A stretch of 63,983 nt of DNA, counting the filler, from Welwitschia mirabilis (lineage: Eukaryota), in assembly GCA_051453625.1 (NCBI GenBank). It is 5 parts of one record of this genome, joined end to end, with 100 filler letters (N's around TTAATTAATTAA, not from the genome) between each part and the next. Parts side by side here need not be neighbours in the genome. Positions count along the whole stretch, not along the records: positions 23,409 to 44,971 come from JBOZIK010000001.1; positions 45,072 to 50,560 come from JBOZIK010000001.1; positions 50,661 to 62,655 come from JBOZIK010000001.1; 2 more parts are not named here. One strand, 5' to 3'. This document shows, in pieces, positions 41,751 to 53,057 of the stretch. The first letter of the stretch is position 1. Every line of letters begins with the position of its first letter. The position numbers were made by a program, and so were the translations under genes. The notes under the pieces were generated by a model. The model saw only the letters and a program-made list of their open reading frames with translations. It did no database searches and was not told where the DNA came from.

Positions 41751-44202
41751 ATAAGGTGAAGTAGGGATTTCTTTTTATAGGAGGTTCCCATGCCCTTCAT
41801 ACTTCATGATAAGACAATCATCAAGCTTTCTTCCTATAATTGAGGTACTTATCAATCTTATCCTTTATAGTTGACTAAGATTTATACAATATATTTGACT
41901 TAGTTTTCCTAGTCCTCTTTTCAATATTTTTCTGTCTTCCGCTAGTGTTATATTCTCATGGCTTTGAGAGGGGAGGACATTTCTACTATATAGCCTCCTT
42001 TTTATTCTGTTCCATTTATAGTCAGGTGAAATTCTCCTCTTTATTTTTCCTTTTTGTATCCACCGTTGGCATTGCCTGTTCCATTTCATTTGGTGAGGCA
42101 TTATGGTCATCCTTATCATTTTCTTTTTCTTTTTGATTTTCTACCTCCTTTTCCTCACAATCTTTTAGTTTCTCAAATCTATTTTCACGAACTATCTCCT
42201 CCTTCTTTGTTAGAGGTTCCTCCTCCTTTTTCATCCTACACTTCTCCTTCATGTGCCTTGGTTTCCCACAATAATTGCATTTTAGTTTCTTGTTGTAATC
42301 TTGTTGTATGTGTAATTCTTTCTAGAAGTAACTACATTTGTTTATTTTTTGTCTGCACACCTTCTCTAGGTGGCCTATTTTCTCTCTTGTATTCCATGTT
42401 TAGGGTTTTGAAACCTTATTTGAATTTGAATTGTATTCATTTTATTTTTTCTATACTCTAGAAGGTTGACCACACATAGAGCCTAGTAAGCATAATTTTA
42501 GAAGCTCCGGCTCTGTTCTATATATTCTAATCAATGTTCCAAAGCTTTTTGTGATTTCTTCCAATAGGTTACCTTCCTAGAGCTCTATGGGAAAGTTCAT
42601 TATTGTTGCCCATTTTGGGACATCGTAGAAAAGGTTTTTATCCTACTGAGCCCCTCGTTTCACAGGGCAAGAACTAAATCTTGAGAACTAAATCTTGTGT
42701 TTTAAAAAACCAGGGTCCTTTTGCTGGGATCTTGTTTATATATCGAGGGGAAGAAAAATAGAAAGGGATAAGATCTTCAGACATCGTTGCTAGCTCCACT
42801 TCTCTTATGCTAATCCATTTTGAAGCTATCCTGGAATGAATTAAGTCTAATTTAGGTCAATGACCACTAGACACAAATCTGCCTAACAAAAGTTCTTAAA
42901 TTTGGATTCTACTTCAAGGTATACCTTATCCAAAACTAGAAAAATTAGAGTAGACCCTTGAATTGCTGGTCCAGCTTTCTCTGGTGATGCCAAAGGTAAC
43001 ACTAGGGCAAGCTTCCCCCTTCCCTCAAATCCTCTAACAACCCCCACTGCTGCTTCAAGACTAACGGTGCTCTAGCCTCTCCTTCCACGGACGCTAAACC
43101 TATGAGTGTGCTGCTTCATTGCTTTGCTTTCGAGTTCTTTCCTCTCACTTAAGTCTTTGACTCTTTGCATGTAATCATCTATACTATCTTCTTCTTATAT
43201 TCTTATAGTTTCATACTTAGTTCTCAAATTTTGCAATTTTATTTCTTTTATATTAAAAGGACTTTGAAAAATAATGTCTAATGTCTTTCATAATTTATAA
43301 CTTGATGTATAATTAATAATTTTCTTAGCTACATCCATCGTCATAGAGATTTGTGCTATAGAGATCATTCTACTACATACATTCTTATCCTTTCTTGTTC
43401 CTCTTTTTCTTTTGTACCTTTGGGTTTAGTGAGACTATCTATAAACAAACCTTATCCTCTTAAACTAGTAGCCATTTTTGCTCTCCAAATTTCACAATTA
43501 TCTTTGTCAAACATGAGGGCACATACATATTCTTTCTCCATTTCTTCTTCTATTATCTCAACAACTTCAATTTTTGTCTTTAATCGGTCTTCTTCTCACT
43601 CTTTTTATCAAAGCCTCGCTTCTTTAGAAAAGATTTATGTGGGGTCATTTTTAAGTCCCTAAACTCCTCTTTAATGTAATTAAACCCTGTAGTACCAAAG
43701 TACTGTTGTGCTATCAAACTCTTCTTCTTCGTCTTCTTCCTCTTGTCTTTTATTCCCTATTGTAAAAGTCTTCTCAAATGGACCTGAAATAATAATACTG
43801 TTGATTGTGCTCACTTTGTGTGGCTCTAATACCGATTGAAATTAAAATAATGCCAAAACAAGCATCTTTTTTTTTTGAAAAAAGTATATATATTAAACGA
43901 GGAAATGTACATCAGGGGGCGAAATCGCCCGAGCGTTACAGAAGCACTGAACTGTTCATAACAGTGGATTAAACTACTAGAAGGAAAGAGACCTAAAACA
44001 AGAAGCCAAAAAGGGGCGAAACTGCCCCCCAAAAACAACGTATCAAGAAGTTGCCTAAAAGGATGCAAGCACTAGTGGAAACAACCAAAAAAGGACTTAA
44101 GACTGCTAAAAAAAGGGGGCGAAGCCGCCCCTTGAAACCAAAACTTACAAAGTACTCGGAATTAAAAGGGAAAAAACCAAAAAGAAAGAGGATTACAGTC
44201 CT

Positions 44203-44514
44203 CTATAGCCCTCTACAGAAAGGAAACATGTTGCCATGGTTGTGTTCGAGTACAAATCTGCCCAGGTCGTCTGAGAGCACCTCAAAGGCTTGATTTATTT
44301 CCTTGAATTCTTCAGCACCAGCCGGGTTCTTGTCTGGATGGAGACGGAGAGCTTTCTTCCTGTAAGTCGACTTTATGGCCTTGGGTAGAGCTTGGTGAGA
44401 GAGACCCAAGGTAACAAATGGGCATCTTTTTAACCCCTGAATCGTTGCCAGCAGAACCTCCATTCTGGCTGCATTCATGTCAAGCTCTTCCTGAGTTTGG
44501 GGTCGGGTTTCCAT
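44203..44514 (-). CDS. DnaJ J-domain protein (C-terminal part of LINE-2 ORF3)
   Basis: CPFVTLGLSHQALPKAIKSTYRKKALRLHPDKNPAGAEEFKEINQAFEVLSD is a canonical J-domain with intact HPD; intronless; preceded in frame by an S/P-rich stretch (TPEEHPPSPAQVQAP...SSTSDSSS) back to ~44720. Confidence 0.88.
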   Translation of the reverse strand: METRPQTQEELDMNAARMEVLLATIQGLKRCPFVTLGLSHQALPKAIKSTYRKKALRLHPDKNPAGAEEFKEINQAFEVLSDDLGRFVLEHNHGNMFPFCRGL

Positions 44515-44782
44515 CGAAGAGGAGTCAGAAGTAGAACTTTGGGGACAACTAGGGCCTGAAGTTGGAGAAGGAGAGTGTTGGGTATGCCCACCTTGGTCCT
44601 GGGAAGGGTGAGTTGGAGCCTGAACTTGGGCTGGGCTAGGAGGATGCTCCTCGGGAGTTTTCTGTTGGGCCGAGGCGAAGACGATCCTTCTGAGTGAGCT
44701 GGGGGCGAAGACGCCCCTCTATTGCTAGGGCTGGATTGAGCTGCTGTTTCTTCAGGAGTAGGGTTCCTAATAGAGGAGGAAC

Positions 44783-44971
44783 TGTTAGGATCAAAAATAC
44801 CCTAGAGAGGGGGGTGAATAGGGTTCTAATAAAAAATACTTTCAATAATCAATAAGAAAACTAATCAATATAAAATTGAAATAACAATTGCACAATACCA
44901 ATTTATAGTGGTTCGGCTCTCCAAGCCTACTCCACTCACAAGAGGCAGCCAAAGCTCTTCAGCCTCTTGGT
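44783..44971 (-). mobile_element. End of a Sirevirus-type Copia LTR nested in LINE-2 ORF3
   Basis: TGTTAGGATC...ctagagaggggggtgaatagg and tttatagtggttcgg...cctactccact motifs as in the Copia B LTRs; cut by the spacer. Confidence 0.8.
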
Positions 44972-45071
44972 NNNNNNNNNNNNNNNNNNNNNNNNNNNNN
45001 NNNNNNNNNNNNNNNTTAATTAATTAANNNNNNNNNNNNNNNNNNNNNNNNNNNNNNNNNNNNNNNNNNNN
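44972..45071. other. Artificial contig spacer
   Basis: N44-TTAATTAATTAA-N44. Confidence 0.95.
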
Positions 45072-45789
45072 CATTTGGATTTGTTAACTACATTTCTTTG
45101 TGCTTCTTCCAATACCGCGGCCTTGTTTAGATTGTGCTGCGGGCTGTAGATATTTGTAATGGTCCAGCCTTCGTTCTTAAGGAAAATCATAATATGATTC
45201 TGGCTGTTGCAAATCAGATCCGCCTCCTTTTTAGTAGAAACCAAAAGACCACCAGAGCTACCTTGGGCCGTAACGCTAAAAGATGTCCAATGCTGCCCCA
45301 TCTTNNNNNNNNNNNNNNNNNNNNNNNNNNNNNNNNNNNNNNNNNNNNNNNNNNNNNNNNNNNNNNNNNNNNNNNNNNNNNNNNNNNNNNNNNNNNNNNN
45401 NNNNGGCTATAAATGTTTGTAACGGTCCAACCTTCATTCTTCACAATATGATTCTGTCTGTTGCAAATCAGTTCTGCATATTTTTTAGTAGAAATCAAAA
45501 AACCACCAGAGTTATCTTGGGCTGCAACGCTAAAAGAGATCCAGTGTCGTCTCATCTTCATATTTTTCTCATGTCTTGTCTTATCTTCATCTTCTGTAGA
45601 TAGACTAAATCGATATTATAATGACTAATTAGATTTTGTAAGGTCTTTTTCTTGTAGGAGGAACCTAATCCCCTATAATTTTATGAGAGACAATTCATTG
45701 GGGATGTTTTCGGTCCTTTCTGGGTGCTTATTCTTTTTTCAATGTATCTTCAATAGTAGCTTGGGAACTATTTGCAACATTCTCTAGCA

Positions 45790-46790
45790 TTTCTCGTTCT
45801 TGTAGGATTCTTTTGCTAGGCCTTCCCTTCGTCTAGGTTTCCAGTTCATTGGATTCTTCGTCGTGAAGGTTTTGTTGGGTGTCATTCTCGTCCATGAGAG
45901 GTTAAAATGGGTTTTCCTGTTTTGGATCTTCTTTTCTCTTCTTTTCCTTTGGAAAAACGGTGGTACTTTTTCCAGTTTGTTTCTTCCTTTGCTTGTGTTG
46001 GCATATGTTCTGATTATGACCAGTCTTCCCGCAGAAAGTGCAGGTTTCCTTTTGCTTTTCTTCAATATCAATCAATCTTTTCTGGCATTCTTCTCGTAGG
46101 TGACTCAGTCTTCCACAATGTGAGCATTTTCTCCTCGGGAGGAGCACATCTTCCAGAGGGGTGTCCTGATTTTCGACAGGTTGTGCAGGGAATCAGAAGG
46201 TTCTTATATGTGATTTCTAGATCATAGGTTCCCCATTTGGATCTAAACTTTACGGATTGGATCACCTTAGTATCCTCAAGACTCATCTACACACAGAATC
46301 TGGCTAAAACTAATCTGGTCTGTTTAATTGTGATTCGATCAAGCTTGATCAGATTTTCAAACTGACCGGCCATTTTTCTTAGTAGATCTTCATCCCAAAA
46401 CTCTAGGGGGAATTTGTTGATGCAGATCCAAATCGGGAGTTTCTTAAACGGGTGCGGGTCCGATTGCGCCCCTGGCATCCATTTGGCTAGGGCAAGGCCT
46501 CTAACTCCAAAAAACCATGGTCCTCTTGTGATGATTTCATCCAGATCTTGTTCATTGTCTAGCTGGAATAAAACCAACCCTTTTGGCATCGCAATAACGT
46601 CAACCTTGCTGACCTCTGTCCATTTCGTTGCGACCCAATCACGGATCCGATCCAACCAAGGTTGAGGGCCAGATGAGACAAACTTGCTGATGAGGCTGAA
46701 TCTAAGCTTCTTTTCGATTTCACTGCACGCATCTTCATCGATGTCTAATATAAGGGATTTCCATTCCCTAGAGGACTGAGTCTTCTCCAT
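45790..46790 (-). pseudogene. LINE-2 ORF1 (DUF4283-like plus three CCHC zinc knuckles), with a stop and frameshifts
   Basis: SLISKF...GPWFFGVRGLALAKW...PIWICINKFPLEFW...ARFCV; CTTCRKSGHPSGRC, CSHCGRLSHLREEC, CTFCGKTGHNQNIC. Confidence 0.9.
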
Positions 46791-48229
46791 TTTGGGGCCA
46801 AACCCCTCAAGAAAACCCTAAAAAACTGATCAAAACTGCAAAGCGAAGGACTCCTATAACTTACCTGATAAAAGCCTATCCTGTGGCTGAAAACGCCCCC
46901 CTGCTCTGTGATCAGGGACTGAAATTGGCCCCACTGAACCGTGATCCTCCAAGACCTGCACCCTCCTGCTCTCCAGATCCGCCGAACCTCTTAGAGCTCA
47001 AAACCCTAGCAGAGCTCCTTGTGCTTCCTCTCCCCTTATGCATGTTCATCATATGTTCTTTTGCCAAAACAAGCATCTTAACAAGGTATGTTGAGCACAA
47101 TTAATTCGACAAATAACAAGGTATGTTAATAATAATCAAAATTAATAAATATAAAATCACTTAACAATACTGATACACACCAAATATTCTGTTTTATATC
47201 ACTGCAACAATTCAAATGATAGGTGAGAGTGTAAGAGGCAAGGGGATGCCTTGTTAGTGGACTTACACCTTCTTGGTAGGGGACACCTTCTAAGGTCTTA
47301 CACCTCCCTCCTCCTCAGCGCCTTGAATCTGCCTTCAATTAGTCCTTTCAATTCCTTTGATTTTATCTTCTACCTATGTCCTCAATAGTGCTTTCTGGAT
47401 TGCCATGAAATGTCTTTATAATAACACTTTCATAGGCTTCATGTCTCTTCCTAAGGGTGCAATTCTGATTTTTTTTATGACCATAAATTTCAATGTAAAA
47501 AACACTCATTAAACATCCTTTTTTTGTTGTTTACTTGTTGAAATTTGAACCCATGACCTCTCATCTCTTACTATTTTGACTTCACCATTTAACCTATTAT
47601 TATTATTATTATTATTATTATTACATTTTCAAAGGGAAATGACTACAAATGTCACTTAAAATTTGAACATGTCTGACTCATTTTTACATTCTGATATAGT
47701 AATGGTTGACCATGAAACAGATTAAATGCCCTAGAAGGCAAGGTGAATAGGGTATCCAACTATTAGAAAACATTATAGAGCAAATGGTAATGAAAATGAG
47801 TGAATAAGAAATGAATAGTGAATACGAAATAGGAACAATAGCAGAAACATATAGATCTTGCTAGTTCTAGCCCCTACTTCCATGCTCAAGAAACTAGTTC
47901 TTGAACACTAACTCTCAAGTTGAACTTCCGTGATCATCATATATGTATTCTTCGTATATGATATCATCAAAGGTTAACATGTTTTCAAAATAATCATGCT
48001 ATTCTTATATCTTTTATTTATTTCTTTTTAATAAAGCTATTTTCATTCAATTCTTTTTATTTTTGTAGTGATGTTTGCCCTCATTTCCATGGCGGAGATG
48101 CTCACAAAATTCCATTACAAAGCTTGAATGTGTTTCAGCTAGTATTTAAGCTTTAAATTAAGCTCTTGCAAGTTTGAATTAATTGTATTAGTTTTTCTAA
48201 TAGGATATAGGTTTGGCAATTTGTATTCT

Positions 48230-48540
48230 CTTTGATGATTCTAGTGTTGTTCAAAATGGTTATTTTTCTCAATGAAATGACAAATTATTTGTGGCATAGA
48301 AGGTTAGAAGATCTGAATGCAAGCACACTGGAAAAGGCATCACATGAAGGTATTGTACATAAATTATCAAAGCTTATTACATTTACTAAGGTTACACTAG
48401 GCGTACGAACTTGGGAAGCAAACAAGAAGTCATCTCAAACGTAAGGGCATTACCATAATCATACCTCTTGATCTTCTTTAGTTGGATTTGATAGTTCAAA
48501 TCAAGATGAGCTATAGTGACAAGGTCATATATTTCATACA
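48230..48540 (+). mobile_element. Copia GAG-pre-integrase fragment
   Basis: LWHRRLEDLN and a PLDLL*LDL motif. Confidence 0.6.
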
Positions 48541-48559
48541 AGCTAATCACTTCCTTCCT

Positions 48560-49480
48560 TTCTTGACTCCTCTAATGCATGAACAAAAGGGACGGACATC
48601 TTGCAAACACATTATGTGTAACATGAACATGGTTGCAAGACGTGAAAATAGATGTTAGGCCATGATTGCCTAAGCCATCCAAATAGTCAAATGGGATTTG
48701 CATGCGAGCACTATTATGAGTCCAAAATTTATAGGTCATTACCACACCTTGGGCTTCCAACCTTCCTTGGTTAACATCTTGGTCTCCCATACCAATTCAG
48801 ATATCCAAACCTTGAAGGTTCACATATTATAAGGAAACAAAGACACAAAATATTGAGCAAAACCCATTCCAATCTCACAACCACCATGTAGATACATACA
48901 TGACAAATTAATTGAAATGCGATGACTTACAGGTGAGATGGTGGACTGTTGGTTAGCTTCTTTGTGTTGTTGAGCTTACCAACTTTGATGTGCGATCTTC
49001 CTATGCAAAGTGCAGATGGTCTTTAGATCTTTGATTTGTTCAAGGTAACTCTATTTAAATAGAATTCTTAGTGTAAGATTGAGAATTGATGTATATGATG
49101 ATGTGGCATTGTGAGTCGTACATTGATGACCACAACCCATTTTGCACATTGTATCTTAATCTATAAAACCTTGAAAACAGTCTGATTGTATTGAAACACT
49201 CAAAGCCATTTTTTTGGTTAGAGCATCCAAACCATCAAGTAGGGCATCTGAACCCCTTAGGACACTCAAAACAGGCTCAAGACACAAATGTGGGTGTCCT
49301 AAACTCTAGAAGACCCTTATTAGGGCCATCTGACCGTGTTTTGCCAAGTGACATCTCCCTTAAAGACCCTAAAATTGACTTTAAGTTAGTGTAGTCAAAC
49401 TTGTCCTAACTTGGTGAGTTTGTGTGAGTTATGAGTGTGACGGACATGGTGAGTTCTAAAGCTATTTTAGCACTTATCAT
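48560..49480 (-). mobile_element. LTR retrotransposon remnant (LTR, PBS, start of interior)
   Basis: PBS-like ataccaa ~48789 followed by LTR-like sequence; boundaries uncertain. Confidence 0.4.
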
Positions 49481-50084
49481 GGTAATGTTATTCTTATATG
49501 AAATCCTTTTAATAAGCTGCAAGATATTTTGATATCCTTGTTTCTACAACAACTAAAAAAACACTAGGTGGTCTTTATTGCAGTCCATCTTATAGAAGAA
49601 AATAAGCCAAACGTTTTGTTAAAAACATTTTGTTAGCATTTCTTAAATATAGTTTTGAGCTTTGATATAAATCTAATATCATCTATGTTTGCTGTTTTGG
49701 ACTTCTAAATGTTGACATGCATATATCACAAATACAATTTTCTATTTTGAGTATTTTGTTAAAGGAATGGATGCTTTAAACAATAGAAAGTTGAAGAGGA
49801 CGATCACTAAAGCTTGTGAATATGTGTTTATCATACCAGTTAATTATGTTTTTGGACTATACAACACTTATGTTTTACTTATAAATGCTCTTTGTTATGT
49901 TTGAATACATGAAAATGCTTAAAGCTAATCAAGGTGTGTGTTATTCCAAACTTCTTTGGCCTTCTTGAGTTTAACATTAATTTTGCCAAGTCTTGTTGGC
50001 ATGTTCAAGTCTGACAAGCAAAACGGGTTTGGTGACGAGTTTGAGTTTTGCCAAATGAATGGCACTCTGACTACCGCAATAAAT

Positions 50085-50560
50085 CACATATTGTTGTTGT
50101 TCAATTCAAATGAATCTAACAAACGTCTTAGCCAAATCATCTCTTTAGTTGCCTCTGTCATAGCTATTTACTCTGCTTCCCTAGTTGACAAAGCCACATT
50201 TCTTTGCAAACTAGACATCCAACTAATGGGACTGCCTCCCATCAAGAAAACATAACCAGAAGTGGACTTTCTTATATCTTTACAATGAGCATAATTAGCA
50301 CCTACATAACCAACATCATCCAATCCAGTATGACCAAAACTCAGGCAATAATTCTGTGTACCTTTCAGATAGCGCGAGATCCATTTTATAGCTTCCCAAT
50401 GCTTTAGGCTAGAGTTGCTCATGAAACCTGAGACAACTCCCACTGCATATGAAATATCTGGTCTTCTGCAGGCCATGGCATACACAAAGCTTCCAATAGG
50501 TGAAGCATAAGGAACCATTTCCATTCTTTCCTGTTCCTTTTCTGTTTTAGGGCAATCGTC
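50085..50560 (-). mobile_element. Copia RT/RNase H fragment
   Basis: VPYASPIGSFVYAMACRRPDISYAVGVVS...RKSTSGYVF...VALSTREAE. Confidence 0.9.
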
Positions 50561-50660
50561 NNNNNNNNNNNNNNNNNNNNNNNNNNNNNNNNNNNNNNNN
50601 NNNNTTAATTAATTAANNNNNNNNNNNNNNNNNNNNNNNNNNNNNNNNNNNNNNNNNNNN
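50561..50660. other. Artificial contig spacer
   Basis: N44-TTAATTAATTAA-N44. Confidence 0.95.
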
Positions 50661-51708
50661 GTCAGCGGAACGACATTGTCAATTTGAAAAAAGGGCTACA
50701 TGTTGCCCTTTTTGAGCGACATGTCGGGACATTTTAATCGTTGATTTGTAATATATTTTTTGTCAGATAAATTAATAAATATCATATTGATTAGATTTGC
50801 ATTTCATAACGAATACAAAATAGAACAATTTGAAAGTTTAAAGACTTTTTAAAGAGACTTTTTGGCAGAAAGTCAGCAAAAAGTCAGCAAACGTTGGCCG
50901 GAAAACATTGGCTACTAGTTGCCTGTTAGTTGGCAGAAAAAGTCGGGAGGACTCAAAATAAGTTGGGTTCATTAAGTCGAGGCTGCTAGTTGGGGCAGAG
51001 TGAGGCACTTTGTTGTTTTTAAATAAAAAATGCAATTAAAAAGGATAGGTGATCTAGAGAGAGTTCCAGATTGCTCTGGATTGCAATGTGGAGTGGACAC
51101 TCTGAATTGCACTTTATAGCTTCTGGCTTGCAATCTATAGGGAATATTGATGGAGGACTGATCCAGAACGTTTTACTTGGAATTGCGCTGATCGTGATTC
51201 TGAGCAGATCAAGAAAAGTATGGAAATATTAATATTTGGTACTTGATTGTTTTGTATCATTTATTGAAATAAACAATGATAATGAAAGCTTTCTGTTAGA
51301 AAAATTATGCAACACTTAGATGTGAAAATCAGAAATCAATAATGAATAAAAGATGCAACTAATAACAGAAATAGATACAATCTACTTGGTTTGGGCTTTT
51401 CTCCCCTACTTTCACGGAGCAATGTAGAGCTCTTTAGAATGTCAAGGATAGAGGCCATCTTTCAATAGCCAAGTACAACCAGCTTATGTATTTGCTTAGA
51501 CACATACTTGCCCTTTTATAGGTTTGCATTAGGGTTAAAATGTTAACCATAATATGACGCTAAGCCATTTTATTTATCATGCGTGAGCTTTTTGAGTTAT
51601 TATAGGTCAAGTGAATAGCGGCATACTTGTGTACAACTTATACCAGTATAAGGTACTGCCAGTTATAGTATTACAACAAAGTATACATTAACGGGAACAC
51701 TTTGAAGT

Positions 51709-52310
51709 CTTACAAAATTAATAACTAATTACTTCTACAGCAAAATTTCTCTGTCCATTGCTTGCTAACTAGCAAGTGGCAAACTGTTAATGAAAAACAA
51801 ACAATTAATTAAAAGATGCTAATACAAATAAACATGGAATGGGGAAAATTGCAACAAAGAATGGAAAGGGGTTGGTTTTAAGTTTTAGATTACTGATTTT
51901 GCTTAGATCTGCTTGCAAGAGGGCACACATGAGTTTCTCCATCTTCCTTCTCTGTTTGTATCTAAGTTAACGTCAAATTTGTGTTTTTAAGTGTACAATA
52001 ATATGAACACTTATAGCTCTTACAAAATTAATTTCTTCTACAGCAAAATGTTTTCTTGCTTCTCTGTCCATTGCCAGGTAATCAGCAAGTAGGAAACTGT
52101 TAATTAAGAACAAACAATTAATTTTTAAAAAATGCTACCACAAACAAACATGAAATGGGAAAAATGACAACTAACGATGAAAAGGGGTCGGTTTTAAGTT
52201 TTAGATTCCTGATTTTGCTTCAGATCTGCTTGCAAGAGGGCACACACTGAGTTTCTCCATCTCTCTTTTCTGTTTGTGTCTTTAATTTTACTTCAAAATT
52301 GTGTTTTCAG
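51709..52310. repeat. Local tandem duplication (~310 bp x2), intronic
   Basis: cttacaaaattaat...ttctacagcaaaat...agatctgcttgcaagagggcacaca...gagtttctccatct repeated at ~51709 and ~52020. Confidence 0.9.
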
Positions 52311-52440
52311 TTTATAATGAGCATTTCTAAACCAGAACTTAGGGCTCTGCCCTAAATTTTATGTTCTTAAATGGTTTTCTAACACAGTGTGATCCTATGC
52401 TTCAGAGAGTCATGAATCAACCTCTATTGCACTCCTCTGG

Positions 52441-52443
<3 letters not shown>

Positions 52444-52471
<28 letters not shown>

Positions 52472-53026
52472 NNNNNNNNNNNNNNNNNNNNNNNNNNNNN
52501 NNNNNNNNNNNNNNNNNNNNNNNNNNNNNNNNNNNNNNNNNNNNNNNNNNNNNNNNNNNNNNNNNNNNNNNNNNNNNNNNNNNNNNNNNNNNNNNNNNNN
52601 NNNNNNNNNNNNNNNNNNNNNNNNNNNNNNNNNNNNNNNNNNNNNNNNNNNNNNNNNNNNNNNNNNNNNNNNNNNNNNNNNNNNNNNNNNNNNNNNNNNN
52701 NNNNNNNNNNNNNNNNNNNNNNNNNNNNNNNNNNNNNNNNNNNNNNNNNNNNNNNNNNNNNNNNNNNNNNNNNNNNNNNNNNNNNNNNNNNNNNNNNNNN
52801 NNNNNNNNNNNNNNNNNNNNNNNNNNNNNNNNNNNNNNNNNNNNNNNNNNNNNNNNNNNNNNNNNNNNNNNNNNNNNNNNNNNNNNNNNNNNNNNNNNNN
52901 NNNNNNNNNNNNNNNNNNNNNNNNNNNNNNNNNNNNNNNNNNNNNNNNNNNNNNNNNNNNNNNNNNNNNNNNNNNNNNNNNNNNNNNNNNNNNNNNNNNN
53001 NNNNNNNNNNNNNNNNNNATATATAG

Positions 53027-53055
<29 letters not shown>
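52444..53055. repeat. (TA)n microsatellite flanking an N gap
   Basis: TA repeats on both sides of gap 52472-53018. Confidence 0.9.

Positions 53056-53057
<2 letters not shown>

Larger units (their letters stand above)
36710..43141 (-). mobile_element. LINE-1: decayed full-length L1-clade non-LTR retrotransposon with extra 3' ORF
   Basis: ORF1 DUF4283-like ~42480-42960; endonuclease IVCIQEAKL (41447-41800); RT (LVHPSQVGFV; decayed LRQGDPLSPYLF ~39910-39950; YANDNI ~39500); zf-RVT KIKIFIWL...ETIDHLFKDC (38429-38641); T-run at 36710; ~17-bp TSD ctctcactacgtctttg / ctctcacttaagtctttg. Confidence 0.9.
43869..47061 (-). mobile_element. LINE-2: L1-clade LINE (centre hidden by gap and a nested LTR) with 3' J-domain ORF
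   Basis: Perfect 18-bp TSD tgccaaaacaagcatctt at 43851-43868 and 47062-47079; poly(A) (T-run ~43867-43876); ORF1 DUF4283-like plus three CCHC knuckles; endonuclease fragments 45072-45700. Confidence 0.92.
34735..47669 (-). mobile_element. Element E: non-autonomous gag-only Copia-derived LTR element (TR-GAG-like) hosting two LINEs
   Basis: 3' LTR 34735-35339 (TGTTGAAA...TTTCAACA). 5' LTR ~43835-43868 plus 47062-47669, split by LINE-2. TSD TGTTT/TGTCT, PBS (gctctaataccg ~43823), PPTs at ~35341 and ~35481. UBN2-type gag KLQNLRTKYETIRI*EEDSIDDYMQRVKD|VVRELE is split by LINE-1. About 2 kb internal region with no pol motifs seen. Confidence 0.85.

Noticed and set aside
44203-44514. J-domain as an independent nested host DnaJ gene
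   Set aside because: It lies inside the LINE TSDs, is co-oriented with the LINE, is intronless, and is mirrored in the second LINE
45072-45560. Two similar endonuclease segments in LINE-2
   Set aside because: They flank a 100-N gap, so a real duplication cannot be distinguished from haplotype or assembly redundancy
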